Of a stretch of DNA of 64,000 nt, positions 14,943-28,407 are shown in pieces (the first letter of the stretch is position 1; each line of letters starts with the position of its first letter). Location: contig NC_042998.1 in assembly GCF_006345805.1 (NCBI RefSeq), positions 188,232,001 to 188,296,000 of the forward strand. The letters are read 5' to 3'. This DNA comes from Octopus sinensis (taxonomy: Eukaryota). The position numbers and the translations under genes were made by a program. The notes beneath the pieces are model-generated. The model saw only the letters and a list, made by a program, of their open reading frames with translations, did not search any database and was not told the DNA's origin.

Positions 14943-15689
14943 ACACACACACACACGCACACACACACACACACGCACGCACGTACGTACGCATACATAC
15001 AAATGAATTCGGTGATAGATTCCATAGTAAGACGATATGTAGTGATTAAGAAGGAGAAAAAGAAAACATTAATTGATAGCCATCATTCTTTGGTCGCGAA
15101 AGCAAGGGAGACACCTCGAATGTATTTCGTCTCTTGCCGTTGTTAGCGGAAGTGTAGTCTTCATTTTCGTTGAAAGCTCTGTAGTAAGAGCCTTATTTAA
15201 TAAAAATGATCATGAAATGCATTTAGTGGCACTGGAGAATGATATCAATTGATAATTCAAGTATGAAAGAACGATGCCAGCGTAGTTATGTAATAAATAT
15301 GGGCTTCATTATTTTCAGCGGTTTCGACTTGAGAAATGGACACAGTAGGTTTTAAATATAGTGAGTAGGGAAACATATACGACGTTAGATGCAACAGGAG
15401 GGTGAATTGAGGTAACTATAGTCAATTATGATAATTAATCTTAATTACTAATTCAGTTATGAATAAATGATTAGCATCCACTTTTCTGCATTTTCAAATA
15501 GAAAATGTTATAACTTATTCTAATATTGTTCGTATACGATTCATTTTGCCTCATCAAATTGTTTATTATCTTGTTGCCCATACCTTTATCTATCTACGTT
15601 ATATTTCTTTTTTTTTTGCAAATAAGCACCTCAAAATTAATACAGAGAGGTGCTTATTTGCAAAAAAAAAAAAGAAATATAACATGTGA

Positions 15690-16000
15690 CTTCATTGACC
15701 GAGGTTACCGTGGCCTTTTCCGTAGGCTTTTCTTTCCACGAGTAAACCTCACCTGTCCTCCCCTTTACACTTCATATTGACATTTCTGTGATTACGATCC
15801 CTATTGATCAACTTTTTTTCCTCTCCCCTTTTCTCTCCCCCCTTTTTATAAAATCCTCCCCTTTTTTTGTCCTCTTTCTTTCCTTTTACGATCCCTTTTG
15901 ATCGAAAACCAACCCCCTTTTTTTATCCCCAAAAGAAAAGCTCTACCTTGTAATTTGTTCTGTCTGTGTGCAGCCCTGTGTGGCTAATAAAGAAACATAT
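15690..16000 (+). repeat. Unclassified interspersed-repeat 3' end running into (TATC)n
   Basis: Pyrimidine-rich body ends gccctgtgtggctaataaagaaacata, similar to gccccctgtgggtagtaaagaaata inside the 32154 SINE; followed by a microsatellite tail. Confidence 0.3.
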
Positions 16001-16023
16001 CTATCTATCTATCTATCTATCTA

Positions 16024-16061
<38 letters not shown>

Positions 16062-16067
16062 GGTCCG

Positions 16068-16142
<75 letters not shown>

Positions 16143-16170
16143 GTCTGTCTGTCTGTCTGTCTGTCTGTCA
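15998..16170. repeat. (TATC)n/(TGTC)n microsatellite
   Basis: Directly visible. Confidence 0.95.
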
Positions 16171-17121
16171 GTCTGTCTCCCAGACTAAATGTCTGTTTAT
16201 GCCTATTTATTAGCACTGTCGTACTGAGTGTACGCTTTATCTGTCAGACTAAATATGTATATACATCTTCTACATAAAAAAAGAAAGTAAAGAATATTCT
16301 TCGGAGCTCTATATAATTTTAGGAGTTATTCAATGTACCACGCGCATGTCAAGAATTTACCGCTCGTTACAGTGACAAACAACATTTATTTGTAATATAT
16401 CAGATCATCCTTATGAACGAAAAAATTTTTTTGGAAAAGACGAATTTAATGTATATGTCTGCTACAAACTTAAATTAAAAGAGGACTTAGACTTTATCTT
16501 AATTCTGTTGTTCAACGCTTTATCGATTTAGCCATGACATTCCATCAACTTCTAAAAATAGAACTATAAATATACAAATAAAATACAAAAATAAAGTAGA
16601 AAATAAACAAACATATGATAAAACAAAAAATAAAATACTATCCTTCACCAGACTGCAAGTGATATTGTCACTTGTGTGCTATATCACTATACATTCTGGT
16701 ATTCACAAACAACCTGAGAAATGAGCAATAGAGAAAGAGAATAACAGCAAATAAAAAAAAATTCATTTCCCATTAGAAGATACATAATACTATTAACGTT
16801 ACATATATACAGCTAAGACGAAGAGTGAAGAGTGTCTGTTATTATATGCGTGCGTTCGTGGTATTGATGGCGGTGACGATGGTGAAATTTATCTCATCAA
16901 AATAGACATGACAATTGTGAATTATTAAAAAGTAAAAAAACGAGAATGAAAAAAATCAACCAAAACAAATACCAACAGGTCATGAAAGAATGATCAGAGA
17001 GAATATAACAGCTGTTAGTGAACCGTGTAGGTTCCAGTATGTAGATAAACATCATAAGAAGTGGCTTATATCTCGCTATGTATTTAAATGTATGTGACGC
17101 TTGTGGTTCATAGAGTTGTTG

Positions 17122-17705
17122 CTGTCGTTGTTATTGAGTGAGAGCAGCGCAAGCCATCAAAGTGACACTGGGGTATAAATATACGAAGCCCAGCCTACCC
17201 ATCATGACGACCCGTCTGATAAGGGTAAACCAAGCACATGCATCATAATCATATGTGCGCGACATGGTGATCTCATATCAAGATAAACAACGCATGACCT
17301 TGCAGGTGGGCCCAGTTAGAATTTTCTTCAGGTCGAGTAGCCCATCCCGCTCAAATGGTCCCTGAATAAGGACTGTTTAAGGACTGTTGTTGTTATTGAG
17401 TGCGAGCAGCGCAAACCATCAAAGTGACACTGGGGTATAAATATACGAAGCCCAGTCTACCCATCATGACGACCCGTCTGATAAGGGTAAACCAAGCACA
17501 TGCATCATGTGCACGACATGGTTACCTCATATCAAGATTAACAGCGCATGACCTTGCAGGTGAGGCCCAGTTAGAATTTTCTTCAGGTCGAGTAGCCCAT
17601 CCCGTTCAAATGGTCCCTGAATAAGGAGTGTTTAAGGATGTTGGACAAAACACCCATGTTTCCAAAGGTGAATTATCTAAACCCCAAAGAATTCCTCTCA
17701 ACGCA
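17122..17705 (-). mobile_element. Tandem pair of a retroposon-like repeat (units 17122-17383 and 17384-~17640, second unit continuing to ~17705)
   Basis: Two ~260-bp near-identical copies (about a dozen differences); each ends on the minus strand in an (AAC)n-like tail. Confidence 0.75.
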
Positions 17706-17899
17706 GCAACTGGAGAGACAAGTCGAAACTGGTCAACATCTGTTGCTGGACGGAACAGTTTCGGTTAAAATGGTTTTACAAAATAATGAAAATGAGTACA
17801 AAATGTCTGAGTCGGCAGTGAGTGGTTATTCAAGGGGCAAGTCACTATATTTGGATAATTCAGTTTTCAAACTTTATGTATACATGCCAGACTTGTTGA

Positions 17900-18960
17900 A
17901 ATAATTTAGTGTACAATTTCGAATATTATAGCTGCAATATTTTTACTGGAACAGTTGATGTAATGATGACTATAACCTTATACTTGTTAGTTCTGTTTCA
18001 AGTAATAATACATCTATAAATATTCCTTCCTAAACTTTTCTTCCATTCGTCTGTATTGTGCTCTATCTAGTTCATTGATTTCTCATTATTTTTAAGTATG
18101 TATTTGAATTTATTATCTTATTTCTGTTTCTGTATCTAACATACTAGTTTTCTTGATACGTCTCAATCTTTTAAATGTTCCCTTAGATTTTCTAATCTGA
18201 ATTATAATCTCTCTGCTACTAGTAAATTTGGGGACTATCTGGAGGAATGATTTTCGTAGTTTATTATCTGCAGCACACAACTGGAAGTTGTGCATATAAA
18301 ATGATCGCTAATTGTCTTTCCATGGCGTTTGTTTTCTAGTCCGGCTTAACATACTAGTTAAAGGTTTTAGCATCAGGAAGAAAAGAATAGGTTCAATCTT
18401 AACAATCCCCTCTTTTATCTGTATTTTCGGAATTGTTTACCGTTTATCCAAGACGTGTTTTATATATATGCTTATTATTGATAGAGCGGTATTCATGGCT
18501 TAAGTTTGTAGTATGGATATACAAGTGGGGAAACACTGTCAAAGCCTTCTAGTAGTCAGTCTATACCATGCTCAGATCATTCTTTCTCCATCTACATTCT
18601 TTGATTATGACTTTACTGAGCAGTAATTAATCTTTGCACCATATGAGCCTTTGAGCATCCCTTATGCAATTCTGAAATTAAGTTGTTTTGTCTCTATATT
18701 ATTGCAGTTACGTCTTTTGTAAGGTGTAGGAAGACAGGTTACGAGCCAGTAATATTTAGAGTTTGCCATTTTTTTTTAGTCTTGAAGACTAAGAAGGCTC
18801 TCTTCTCATAAAGTCAGGTGTTATCTGTAGTTACTTCCGTATCTAACTAAATATCTCTACTCGTACCTTATGTTCTTGGTAAATGCTGCAGCCAGAAATC
18901 TGGGATCTTATCGCTTTCTAGTGTCTTTCAGTTGTTTGATTTTTGTAGCGTTTAGACTAC
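17900..18960 (-). mobile_element. Decayed R4/Dong-like (RLE-type) non-LTR retrotransposon RT
   Basis: Minus-strand motifs in order: 'VTCLPT', 'KGC..GSYG..D.LL.SKVIIKECRWRKNDLSMV.(T)DY.KAFDSV' (~18532-18600), 'IQIKEGI', 'PILFFLMLKPLTSML', 'FYMHNFQLCA' (cf. LYMDDLKLYA), 'KFRKEY'. Confidence 0.85.
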
Positions 18961-20732
18961 GTGTTTAAATTTCTTCGTTTGTTTACGTGTACGCCTTTTA
19001 GTGTTTATATGTGGTGAGCCAGATTAATTTGGAGAGTGCGTAATTGACGGGACGGCGATTAATAATTCAAAGAATTATTTATATTCAATCCTTTCTTCTT
19101 ATCACTTTATAAAAAACGTTAGTATATATACAAATGTAATTGATTTATTTTATATTCAGATGTGTTTAAGTCTACTGTAAAATACCTGAAGATTCGCAAT
19201 TTAAGGACTTCGCAACTCGATGATTATCAATTGTAATGGGTTCTCTTACGTCATTAATGATTTGGGGGACATCATTACAGTAATAAATATTTCTTCCTGA
19301 TCCCAGTTAGACCTAAAGCTACATGCCTAAATGTGACAATATTATTCTCATGTTTGGTCTGTATTATGGAAAATGTGACTGATTTGAAACACATATGCTT
19401 TATTTGCCTATCGTAGATATCGGGGAATATTTGTATACTTAGGCTTATGCGTAATGCTGTGTATGTTTGTGCGTTTATGTGCATATATATAAATACAATC
19501 TATGTATATGTGAATACGCATACACACACACATATACACTTACATATATATGTTCCAGCCTCTTTTTCTAGATGTACATACATATATACATACATACATA
19601 CATACATACACACCGTGCGTGTATGCGTGTGTGTGTGTATATATGTTTGTCTTTGTGTATGTCAATGATATATGCAATAACATGCTGTCATGGGTTATTG
19701 TTACATGAAGTGTAAGACTTCTAATTTTCATTTGAATTAATCAGATGTATTACAAAGCGAAGTAAATATAATGGTTAGAAAAGAAATTACCAATATAGCG
19801 AAGCGATTTACGTAGCTTTGCGCTGGAGATGTAATGAGATAAAATTCGTTGAATATATTTCTGCGTGATAGTAGAGAAGTTGAGAAGGAAAGAAAATAAG
19901 AAGCGAGAGATAAAGACAAAGAACTAGAAAGTGAGTGTGTGAGAGATTAGAGAAAATGAAAAAGAGGTGGCGGTAGTGGAAGAGCGAGAGAGAGGCAATC
20001 CGAGCTATTGCTGTTGATGAGAAGTTAATGGACGTTGGTCATATACTTTCTGTAACTATCGCCACTTTGTTTCCAGCAAATGATGGGCTGATTGGGAATC
20101 CTGAGCAATGCAGATTGACTACATGTAGATAGACACAGAGACGTTAATTCGGGCAGTTCATATTAAAGAATATTTGGCAAAAACATAGAAAAGTGTAATA
20201 TACATAATAACATGTAAATAAATTACAACACACATATATATACACGATCACATACATGTATGGGGAGCCCTATTTTAATTATTTTCCTAAACCCTGCCCT
20301 TCCAATATTGTGCTTGAAGATCTCTGTCTTTCTCTTCATGTCTCTCCTCCACTCTCTGTGTACACATACGAACACACACAACTTTACACCTACTAACGAT
20401 AGTCTTGTAACACTTTTCATTCCTTTGATGATTTATTTGTGGCGAGGAGGGTGACAACGTTTCGAAAAACTGACATTCAAACCAGAATTAGCCATTACAT
20501 CTTATCTAGTTATGTAATTAAATCAAGAGCTGAACACTTACATTATACAATTCTGTGGCTCGTGGCAAAAACGCCAATAAACATACATAAAATGCACCAG
20601 GTAATAAGAGTGTTTCTATGCTGTCGCTCACCCTACAAGAAACAGCGACCAAACCGTCATTAAATCACACTCTACTGTCTTCAATAAAGAATGATACACT
20701 GAGCATTGTAGTTTCAAATATATATATATATA

Positions 20733-20909
20733 GATCGTTAGCCGCTCCACACCTTTTTTCTCTCCTTGTTTTTTCTGTGTCCCTTTCTGTAGAAGAGCGT
20801 AGGCTCGAAACGTAAAAGACTTTTTCTATTCCTGAGCGTTATACTAATACATCTGTTTGTTTTGTACACCACCTGTCTTCCTCTTTTGTTTTTTTTCGTA
20901 AACTCTCCC

Positions 20910-20910
<1 letters not shown>
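20733..20910 (+). mobile_element. Short non-autonomous PLE-associated element with a hammerhead-like motif, between (TA)n tracts
   Basis: Homologous to 48586-48746 (-), 48760-48937 (+) and 55920-56100 (+); contains CTTT-CTGTAGAA-GAGC GTAG GCTC-GAA-ACGT-A-AAAG. Confidence 0.75.
20783..20818 (+). ncRNA. Minimal type I hammerhead-like motif (variant core CUGUAGAA)
   Basis: Stem I CTTT/AAAG, stem II GAGC/GCTC, GAAA, palindromic ACGT stem III, GUA cleavage triplet. A6 is replaced by U. Confidence 0.55.
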
Positions 20911-20992
<82 letters not shown>

Positions 20993-22704
20993 CAGGCTTG
21001 TTACATCTGGGGCTAAATAACAAAATTAAAGCATATATACTTTTAAAGGAATATATCTGTAAGATATACTGAATTAGAAAGAGAAAACTAGTCTAATCTG
21101 TTATACCGTTGCAGTTATGTAGCGAAATTGTTAGATGAAATATAAAACTTCATCAAGGGTAATCTCGTTCAGCAGTGAACGATTTACCTATTTTACCAGT
21201 AAATTTACTGTTTTTAATTCTTTCTCTAGGTAAATGTTGGAATATAATATCGAACTTTGAATGCAAATTCTATGAAAATCTATAAAAATAACGTCTCTCA
21301 AAGCGTACGAATTTGTTATATCGTGGTTTAAGTAAAAGGTTACTTAATAAGAATCGATTTTAGTCACTGTAATTAAATATTCTCTGTGTTAATGATAATT
21401 TAATTGAGTAAATATATAAATATTATCTGTTTTGTATAATACTTTCAAATACTTTCATGTAGAAGTTAAATAGTGGAACTCTACTATTCACGCAGTTAGA
21501 TGGCTGATGAAAAGCAATTCATAGGAGCATTCTGCGTGCTAAACACCCACGCACAAGTGTAACACAATGTAATCTAAGGAGCTGAAATAATTCGATCAAC
21601 TGAGAAGACAAAGTGTGTTATCATACCTGCTTGCTTTAGATTTTAAACACCCTAGAATATTTTTGTAGCGACTAACTTAGAGACCATTTTAATTGTAACT
21701 ATGTTTTTGTTCTTTGGTTGGGAGATGGGTATGAGTTCGTTATATATTTATAATTTCTTTCATATAATAGTTGTATACTGTCAATTTAACGTGACAGTAG
21801 GGGATTACACCACCGCTGTTTAGCCATAGGAAGCATCGAACGCTTCCTGTCGGCTTCGACACATTTACTGTGTCCTTACGTTAAATTGACAGTATACAAC
21901 TTTTATATCGCCCCACCACCGTACATATCTCTATGAGATATTTAGAAATTTAATATTTCTGAATTTCTTTCATATTATCTGTATAAGAACTGGATATAAT
22001 GTATATCTTAACCAAGCTAGTTCATGGTTGAGAGAACTTCATCCCTCGCTTATTTTTATATACTATAATATGCATTTCATTTCTATCAAATGCTCTCCCT
22101 TGATTCGGACGTTTAGCTTACGTGTAGATGACGTCTGTACATAGCATAGAAATTTGTTTAAAGCTCTAAATATTTCGAACGCTTTCTCACAAGAAAGAAT
22201 AGCTTGAGCTAAAGCGTTGTAGAAACGAAATTTCAACAAATTATTTTCATTTTTTTTTCTGTTCAGTCAGACCTAATCAGTACCTTAATGGCATTCTATT
22301 GTAACAACTACCCATAACAAAGAATATTTTGCCACTCAGATATTACATTTGTAAGACAAGAGGGGATGGAATTAAGAATTGTTCCTATTTTCCCTGGACC
22401 AGCTAATTTCCAGTATCGGATAATGTTCAAGTACTGAAATCCTACGGCAATGTTGGTTTACAAGAAACGTGCATATTGTTCTTCAGTGTTAGCCACAACT
22501 ATAATGATTTTTTTGGGAAGTGGTAAATATGTTGTCGAACGAATCAACTTCATTACATAACTATTATTTACTATATCAACGTTGGCAGTATCTGAACTCA
22601 GATTGTAAAAGATTGTAACTTTTTCCTGAAGCTTTCATACCGGACTGTAGAGTTTTTGCCTCGTTAACAATCATCAGAACAACAAATAAATATAGTAACT
22701 ATAA

Positions 22705-22987
22705 TGAGGGTACGTGACTGGTACTTATTTAGTCGACCCTCTAAAAATGAAATATAAAATCGACATTGGCGTATTTGAACTCAGGACGTAATGTATCAGA
22801 AGAAATACGACAAAACATTGTTGACGTTCTTAGAATTCTGTCAGCTCGCTGCTCAAATGGTTTCAAATTTTGGTACAAACTCAGTAATTTTACAGAAGGG
22901 TTAAGTCGATTTCATGAACACAGTACTTGACTGGTACTTATTTTATTAAACTCTAGAGGATGAGAAGCAAATCTGACCTCGGCGGAG
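22705..22987 (-). mobile_element. Two adjacent decayed SINE fragments ('gtacttattttatcgacc' core family)
   Basis: Both contain tggtacttattt...gacc...ggcg(t/g)atttgaactcag-type segments, the reverse complement of the 32154 SINE core. Confidence 0.65.
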
Positions 22988-23077
22988 AAACTGGAATTGA
23001 CATGATGGTAGTACATGCTCAGAAAACTGCTCTGTTGGAGACAGTGAAGATTCTGAGATTGGCAACTGGGTTTTAAG
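22988..23077 (+). mobile_element. C-terminal remnant of an R4/Dong-like ORF
   Basis: 'KTGIDMMVVHAQKTALLETVKILRL' resembles the terminal 'QKAVLLGTARILRKVL' motif. Confidence 0.5.
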
Positions 23078-23178
23078 TATTGTGGAATGAAACTTTTTAT
23101 GAGACATTTCACAGCAATTTGCCGTCCGTATAATTGAGCGGAGCAAGTAAAATAGAGAGCTTTGAGAAGTAAAATGGA

Positions 23179-23186
<8 letters not shown>

Positions 23187-23216
<30 letters not shown>

Positions 23217-23220
23217 TAAT

Positions 23221-23272
<52 letters not shown>
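23187..23272. repeat. (AAT)n(ATC)n trinucleotide microsatellite
   Basis: Directly visible; abuts the RLE fragment. Confidence 0.97.
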
Positions 23273-23605
23273 GAAAATGATAATGCAAAGATCCTATGGG
23301 ATTTTATGATTCAGTGCGACCATGAGATAGAGAATAGGAAGCCAGACACAGTGTTAATTGAGAAAGAAAGCAATTGGGTTAAGGAGGCTATGGAAAGTGC
23401 GAGAGCATTAGGAACTATTCCTAAAAATTTGAACAGATGGATAGAGGAAATAGATATAAAACCTACTTTAGTGCAGTTCCAGAAAACAGTGTTATTAGGG
23501 ACAGCTAGGATACTTAGGAAGGTTCTTGGCATCTAAAGCTACTTGTTAGGATTTTTTTCCCAACAGTCTAACCCGTCGTCTGTAAATGGAATAAGAATAC
23601 TAATC
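23271..23605 (+). mobile_element. 3' end of an R4/Dong-like retrotransposon (RLE domain, internally deleted) plus 3' UTR
   Basis: 'ENDNAKILWDFMIQCDHEIENRKPDTVLIEKES...ALGTIPKNL..W...I.I...QKTVLLGTARILRKVLGI*'. Confidence 0.88.
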
Positions 23606-23619
23606 CTTTATTCTAATGA

Positions 23620-24050
23620 CACATGACCCGAAATTTTGTGGGGAAGGGAAAAGTTGATTACATTGATCCCGGTACTCAGCTCGTAGTTGTTTTATCGACC
23701 CCAACATGAAATGCAAAATCGACGTTGGCGGGATTTGAACTGAGAATGTAAGTCCGAAAGAAATACTGTAAATATTTTCTACGTCGCGGTAAAGATCCTG
23801 GCTGATCGCCGCCTTGAAAACAATCCCGTATATCAAAAGCACAAAGCCTGAAATCTGTTGGTGAAGGGGCTAGTCAATTACAGCGACCCCAATGTTCAAT
23901 TGGTACTTATTTTCTCGACCCTGAGAGGATAAGAGGCAAAGTCGACCTCAGCGGAATTTGAACTCAGAACGTGAAGACGGACGAAATGCCGCTAAGCATT
24001 ATGTCTAGCATGCTAACGATTGTCCCAGCTTGCCCTTTTTCGCCGCTTTG
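23620..24050 (-). mobile_element. Two adjacent SINE copies ('gtacttattttatcgacc' core family)
   Basis: e.g. ggtacttattttctcgaccctgagaggataagaggcaaagtcgacctcagcggaatttgaactcagaacg, the reverse complement of the 32154 core. Confidence 0.8.
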
Positions 24051-24448
24051 ATAATAATAATGTTTTTACACAAGAATAATACTGAGTACAAAGAAATACC
24101 GATATAAACATGAATCCGAAGGATATAAATAGATACAGCAGCCATCACATTCACACATTCATCGTAACTCATTCACTGAAACACCTATATTTCATTTGTC
24201 TCCTGAAATTCTACCAATGCAAGTCAAGAGAAGGATATGCTTAATCTCAACCATTCAATGTTCATCTCTTTTTTCAACGCTTCTTTTCCTACATTTAATC
24301 AAACTCATATAATCGCATTCATAATATCACAATACTTACACTATTGGGAACATTTGAAATGCGATACACAAGTTTCTATGTCTATGTGCACGTGGGCGTA
24401 TATATTTGTGGGTTTGAATATATAGTATTATGTATGTCTGCGTCAGTG

Positions 24449-24509
<61 letters not shown>

Positions 24510-24539
24510 ATATACACATAAACATATATTGTTTGTGAT

Positions 24540-24589
<50 letters not shown>

Positions 24590-25595
24590 CATATGTGTGT
24601 GTGTGTGTATAATATACAAACGCAAACAGACATATATAAAACAATGAATGAAAGATACAGTGATGGAAAGATAGGTGATTGGGTAGATAGATAGAACTAT
24701 ATGTAAACCAGATCTCTCTCACTCTTTATCTTTCGTTGGGACTCTAATTTCAACAGTGTTTTTTCAGTTTATCAGTGATATTTCCCCTGTGTCGTGTGCA
24801 ATGAAGGGAAGCTATCTCATCGGCGCAGCGTTCGGTTACAGAATCTTGTGACCAATCTCACAATATATTGACTAATCGCACCTCCTACAACACTTCATAA
24901 AACGCATAGTTAAATATACACCCAAACTCGCTATCAAATACTACGTAAATACGTGCATTCGCATTTAAGCAAACTCAGGCGCGAGCGCGTATAGATTCAC
25001 ACACGCTCACACAATCGTAGACTTTCTGCCTCTCTCTTATGTATACTTCATACATGTATGAATATACATGTATAAGTATACATATTGATATTTAGTTCTC
25101 ATTTTTCCCTAATATATATGCAAGCATTACACTATTAATATACAGCAAATGCGTCCCGACTAATAGACAAATGTATGCAAATGAGAGCATACACATATCT
25201 ACATATGTTTATAATTGATTGTTGCTGTTGTTCAGCCTCAGGTCGACAAGGTCGAGCATTCCAGCCATGGATATCCTTTATTTTTCAAGTATCTGTAACT
25301 ACATTATTCAGAGTGTCCGTCCTATGTATGATATGAAAAACATTTCGCTGCTATTTTTAAGCTTACATGAAAGAGATTTCACTGCTATTTCTAGCTTATC
25401 GATCAACGACTTAGAGATTCCCCCATTGATTGTCGCAAAGTTGCAATTTTCTGTAGTAAGAATACAGGCGATTGACTTAACCCTGCATGACTGATACTTA
25501 TTCTATCAACTATAATAAATGAAAAATCAGAAAAGTGAACTAAATATTAATTAAGCATATATTTAAACTCTCATTTCTGTCAATTTACTTTGGAT

Positions 25596-25665
25596 AGTAG
25601 ACTTTTGGTAGTAGACTTTTGAAAGTAGACTCTTGGTAGTAGACTTTTGGTAGTAGACTAAAAGT
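25596..25665. repeat. 14-bp minisatellite (agtagacttttggt) x5
   Basis: Five consecutive units are visible, with 0-4 substitutions each. Confidence 0.9.
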
Positions 25666-25934
25666 CAGAATACTGCTTTCATATATGGGATATTGTTATT
25701 GTATCGCGTATAAATATTTCAGATGTACAAATTATACTAAATAGGTATTCCATTGATTGAAAACGTTACTCACCATGCTGCAATGACTTGACTAACAAAC
25801 AGCGTCACTCTTTCTTTAAACTAGGCACCACTACAATACTCTTACTATGCTGCAAAGTGTTACATCTGCCTAATGTCACGCTAAATGCAATTTTTGGACA
25901 ACATATTGATAATTCTTTCTACGATAGGTACCAG

Positions 25935-26140
25935 GCTGGCATTTTTTTCTTTTTATTCACGGAGAGTGGGAAGTCGATTACATCGACCCCAGTGCTCAAC
26001 TGGTACTTATTTTACCGAACCAGAAAGAATGAAAGGCAAAGTCGGCTTCGGCAACATTTGAACTCGGATCGTAAAGCCGTAAGAAACGCCGTTGGGCATT
26101 TTGTTCTCTTTGCTAACGATTATGACAGTTCGCCGCTTTG
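25935..26140 (-). mobile_element. SINE ('gtacttattttatcgacc' core family)
   Basis: gtcgattacatcgaccccagtgctcaactggtacttattttaccgaacc...aaggcaaagtcggcttcggc...tttgaactc. Confidence 0.8.
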
Positions 26141-27009
26141 AAACAGCAACAGTAGCAGCAGCAGCAACAACAACAACAACAACAATTGTAGTAATAATTA
26201 TGATAGCGGGACCCATGAATATTTCACGGAACTCCTTGTAAACCCATTGGGTTATTCCTGAAAACTTTATCCAAAAAGCCTGAAAGTTCAGCCTGTGTTG
26301 TGTTTGTATCAAAAGATAGTCGCTAGTCTGCTATTCATTGAAAAGTGAAAGAAATTGGAATACAATGATTACTTAATGCATTATATATATATAAATATAA
26401 TATACAGAACTCATAAAATGAATATTCTTTCTTATTTTACCATTTTCCCCATAAACAGAAAAAAAATTACATTTTAAAATTTGCATGGTCACTATTTCAT
26501 ATTTAGAAAACAAAAATGTTATTGTATAACAAATTACTTTATATGTAAAATATAGGGATCACAATTTCACGGGGGTAAAAATTTAATGCAACTTGACATA
26601 CTCTGAAAACCACATCGATGGTAATATATAAAACCAATACGATGTATGAGAGCCAATGCACATTTGAATTTGCTTACACCTTTCTATCCAATGCTTCTTT
26701 GCAGACTATGTTCTTCGTGTAAGTTCTCCCTCTTCTTAAAGTTGATAACTTTAACTCTCACATCAGATAATTTGCGAGGCCCTTCAAGAAGTTATAATAG
26801 GAAAATATCTTACATATTTCCATACACGTACAATTTTGTAACTCCTGTTAGCAAATGAAACACGTGTGATGGTGAATGAATAATATCATACATTTTTACC
26901 AGTTTTCCGTTTTGATATAAGCATACGTACATACATACATACATACATACATACATACATACATACATACATACATACATACGCACGTACATACATACAT
27001 ACATATGTA

Positions 27010-27680
27010 CCAGACCAGATTACAATATATATATCTTACGCCACGTGGAATGTTGCTTTATGATTATGGCCGATATTAATAAAAACAACACTAGAAATAG
27101 TTGAGTACTTGGAGCCCCAAAATGCAAATGAAAAGACTGCTCTTGTAAAGCTGTAGAGAATCTTCTTGTTATTGATTGCATATATAAACATCAGCAAAAG
27201 GAATATTTGTGGAACATTTCCATCAAAACGTCTACGAAGTGCAAACATAGCAGTCCAGACAAAATTGTTTGGAACAGACAAGAAAAGATATGTACCATCA
27301 TAGAGGTCAGATCCACTGCTGATGTGATTATTTATTCATAAATCGAAGAGAAAGAAGATAATTACGGCCAACTGCTTAGAAAGCTTTAGTTTCTATACCC
27401 AGATTATAAATTCAAATTTATACCAATAATATTGGTGCACTTTGTTTTGTTAGTAGATGTCCAAGAGAAATCTGAAAAAGTTAGGTTTTACAAGAAAAAT
27501 AAAATCAATCGGCTAACACGCAGATTACAAATATATTCTGTAAGTAGAATAGCAGAAATATGCAAGGTTTTTTTCAAGTTCAACATGTGATATTGTTTTT
27601 GTTACATACCCAGCGATGGAACCTTATACCTTTGTTAGAAACAAGTTCCTTCCTTGCAGAAACAAGTCAAATAATAAAAA
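27010..27680 (+). mobile_element. 3' end of an RLE-type non-LTR retrotransposon (decayed) with an (AAT)n tail
   Basis: 'EYLWNISIKTSTKCKHSSPDKIVWNRQEKICTIIEV...EEKEDNYGQLLR.L..LYPDYKFKFIPII' shows the PD-(D/E)xK architecture; ends 'RLQ..S....EICKVFFKF'. Confidence 0.8.
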
Positions 27681-27714
<34 letters not shown>

Positions 27715-27956
27715 TAATAATAATAATAAGTGGGTGTAAACACATGAACAAAATAAGAATAAACAAAAACAAATTACACGAACGTATATAAACAGAAGAT
27801 ACAAATATTACAGGCATTTCCCTCCACACACACACTAACTAAACATAGACGCACATAGAGATATACGAATGCGCAAATGAAGACACATACAATAGAAATA
27901 CAAAATGGCTGACGGTTAGTAAGGAGAGACACACAAATAAGAAAGAAGAAAGCAAA

Positions 27957-28001
27957 GGACCACTGATGCGGTCACAGGAGTGTGACGAAAGAACTCTGGC
28001 C
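27957..28001 (+). ncRNA. Type I hammerhead-like motif, copy 1
   Basis: GG(A)CCA-CTGATGCG-GTCACA GGAG TGTGAC-GAA-AG AA CT-C-TGGCC: stem I, core, 6-bp stem II, GAAA, 2-bp stem III, CUC triplet (predicted cut after 27996). A9 position reads C. Confidence 0.65.
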
Positions 28002-28362
28002 GAAATAAGATTAAGATTAATAAAGTAACACCAAATATATAGTGCGTGTGTTTTTATTGGCTAAACTGGTAAAATGACCATTCTGAAATATAATAATAAT
28101 ATATAATAATAATAATATTAATAATAATAATAAGTGGGTGTAAACACATGAACAAAATAAGAATAAACAAAAACAAATTACACGAACGTATATAAACAGA
28201 AGATACAAATATTACAGGCATTTCCCTCCACACACACACACTAACTAAACATAGACGCACATAGAGATATACGAATGCGCAAATGAAGACACATACAATA
28301 GAAATACAAAATGGCTGACGGTTAGTAAGGAGAGACACACAAATAAGAAAGAAGAAAGCAAA

Positions 28363-28407
28363 GGACCACTGATGCGGTCACAGGAGTGTGACGAAAGAAC
28401 TCTGGCC
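28363..28407 (+). ncRNA. Type I hammerhead-like motif, copy 2
   Basis: Identical to copy 1, 406 nt downstream (predicted cut after 28402). Confidence 0.65.

Noticed and set aside
22030-22230. 'LRVDDVC' resembling an RT YADD motif
   Set aside because: Flanking motifs are unconvincing.
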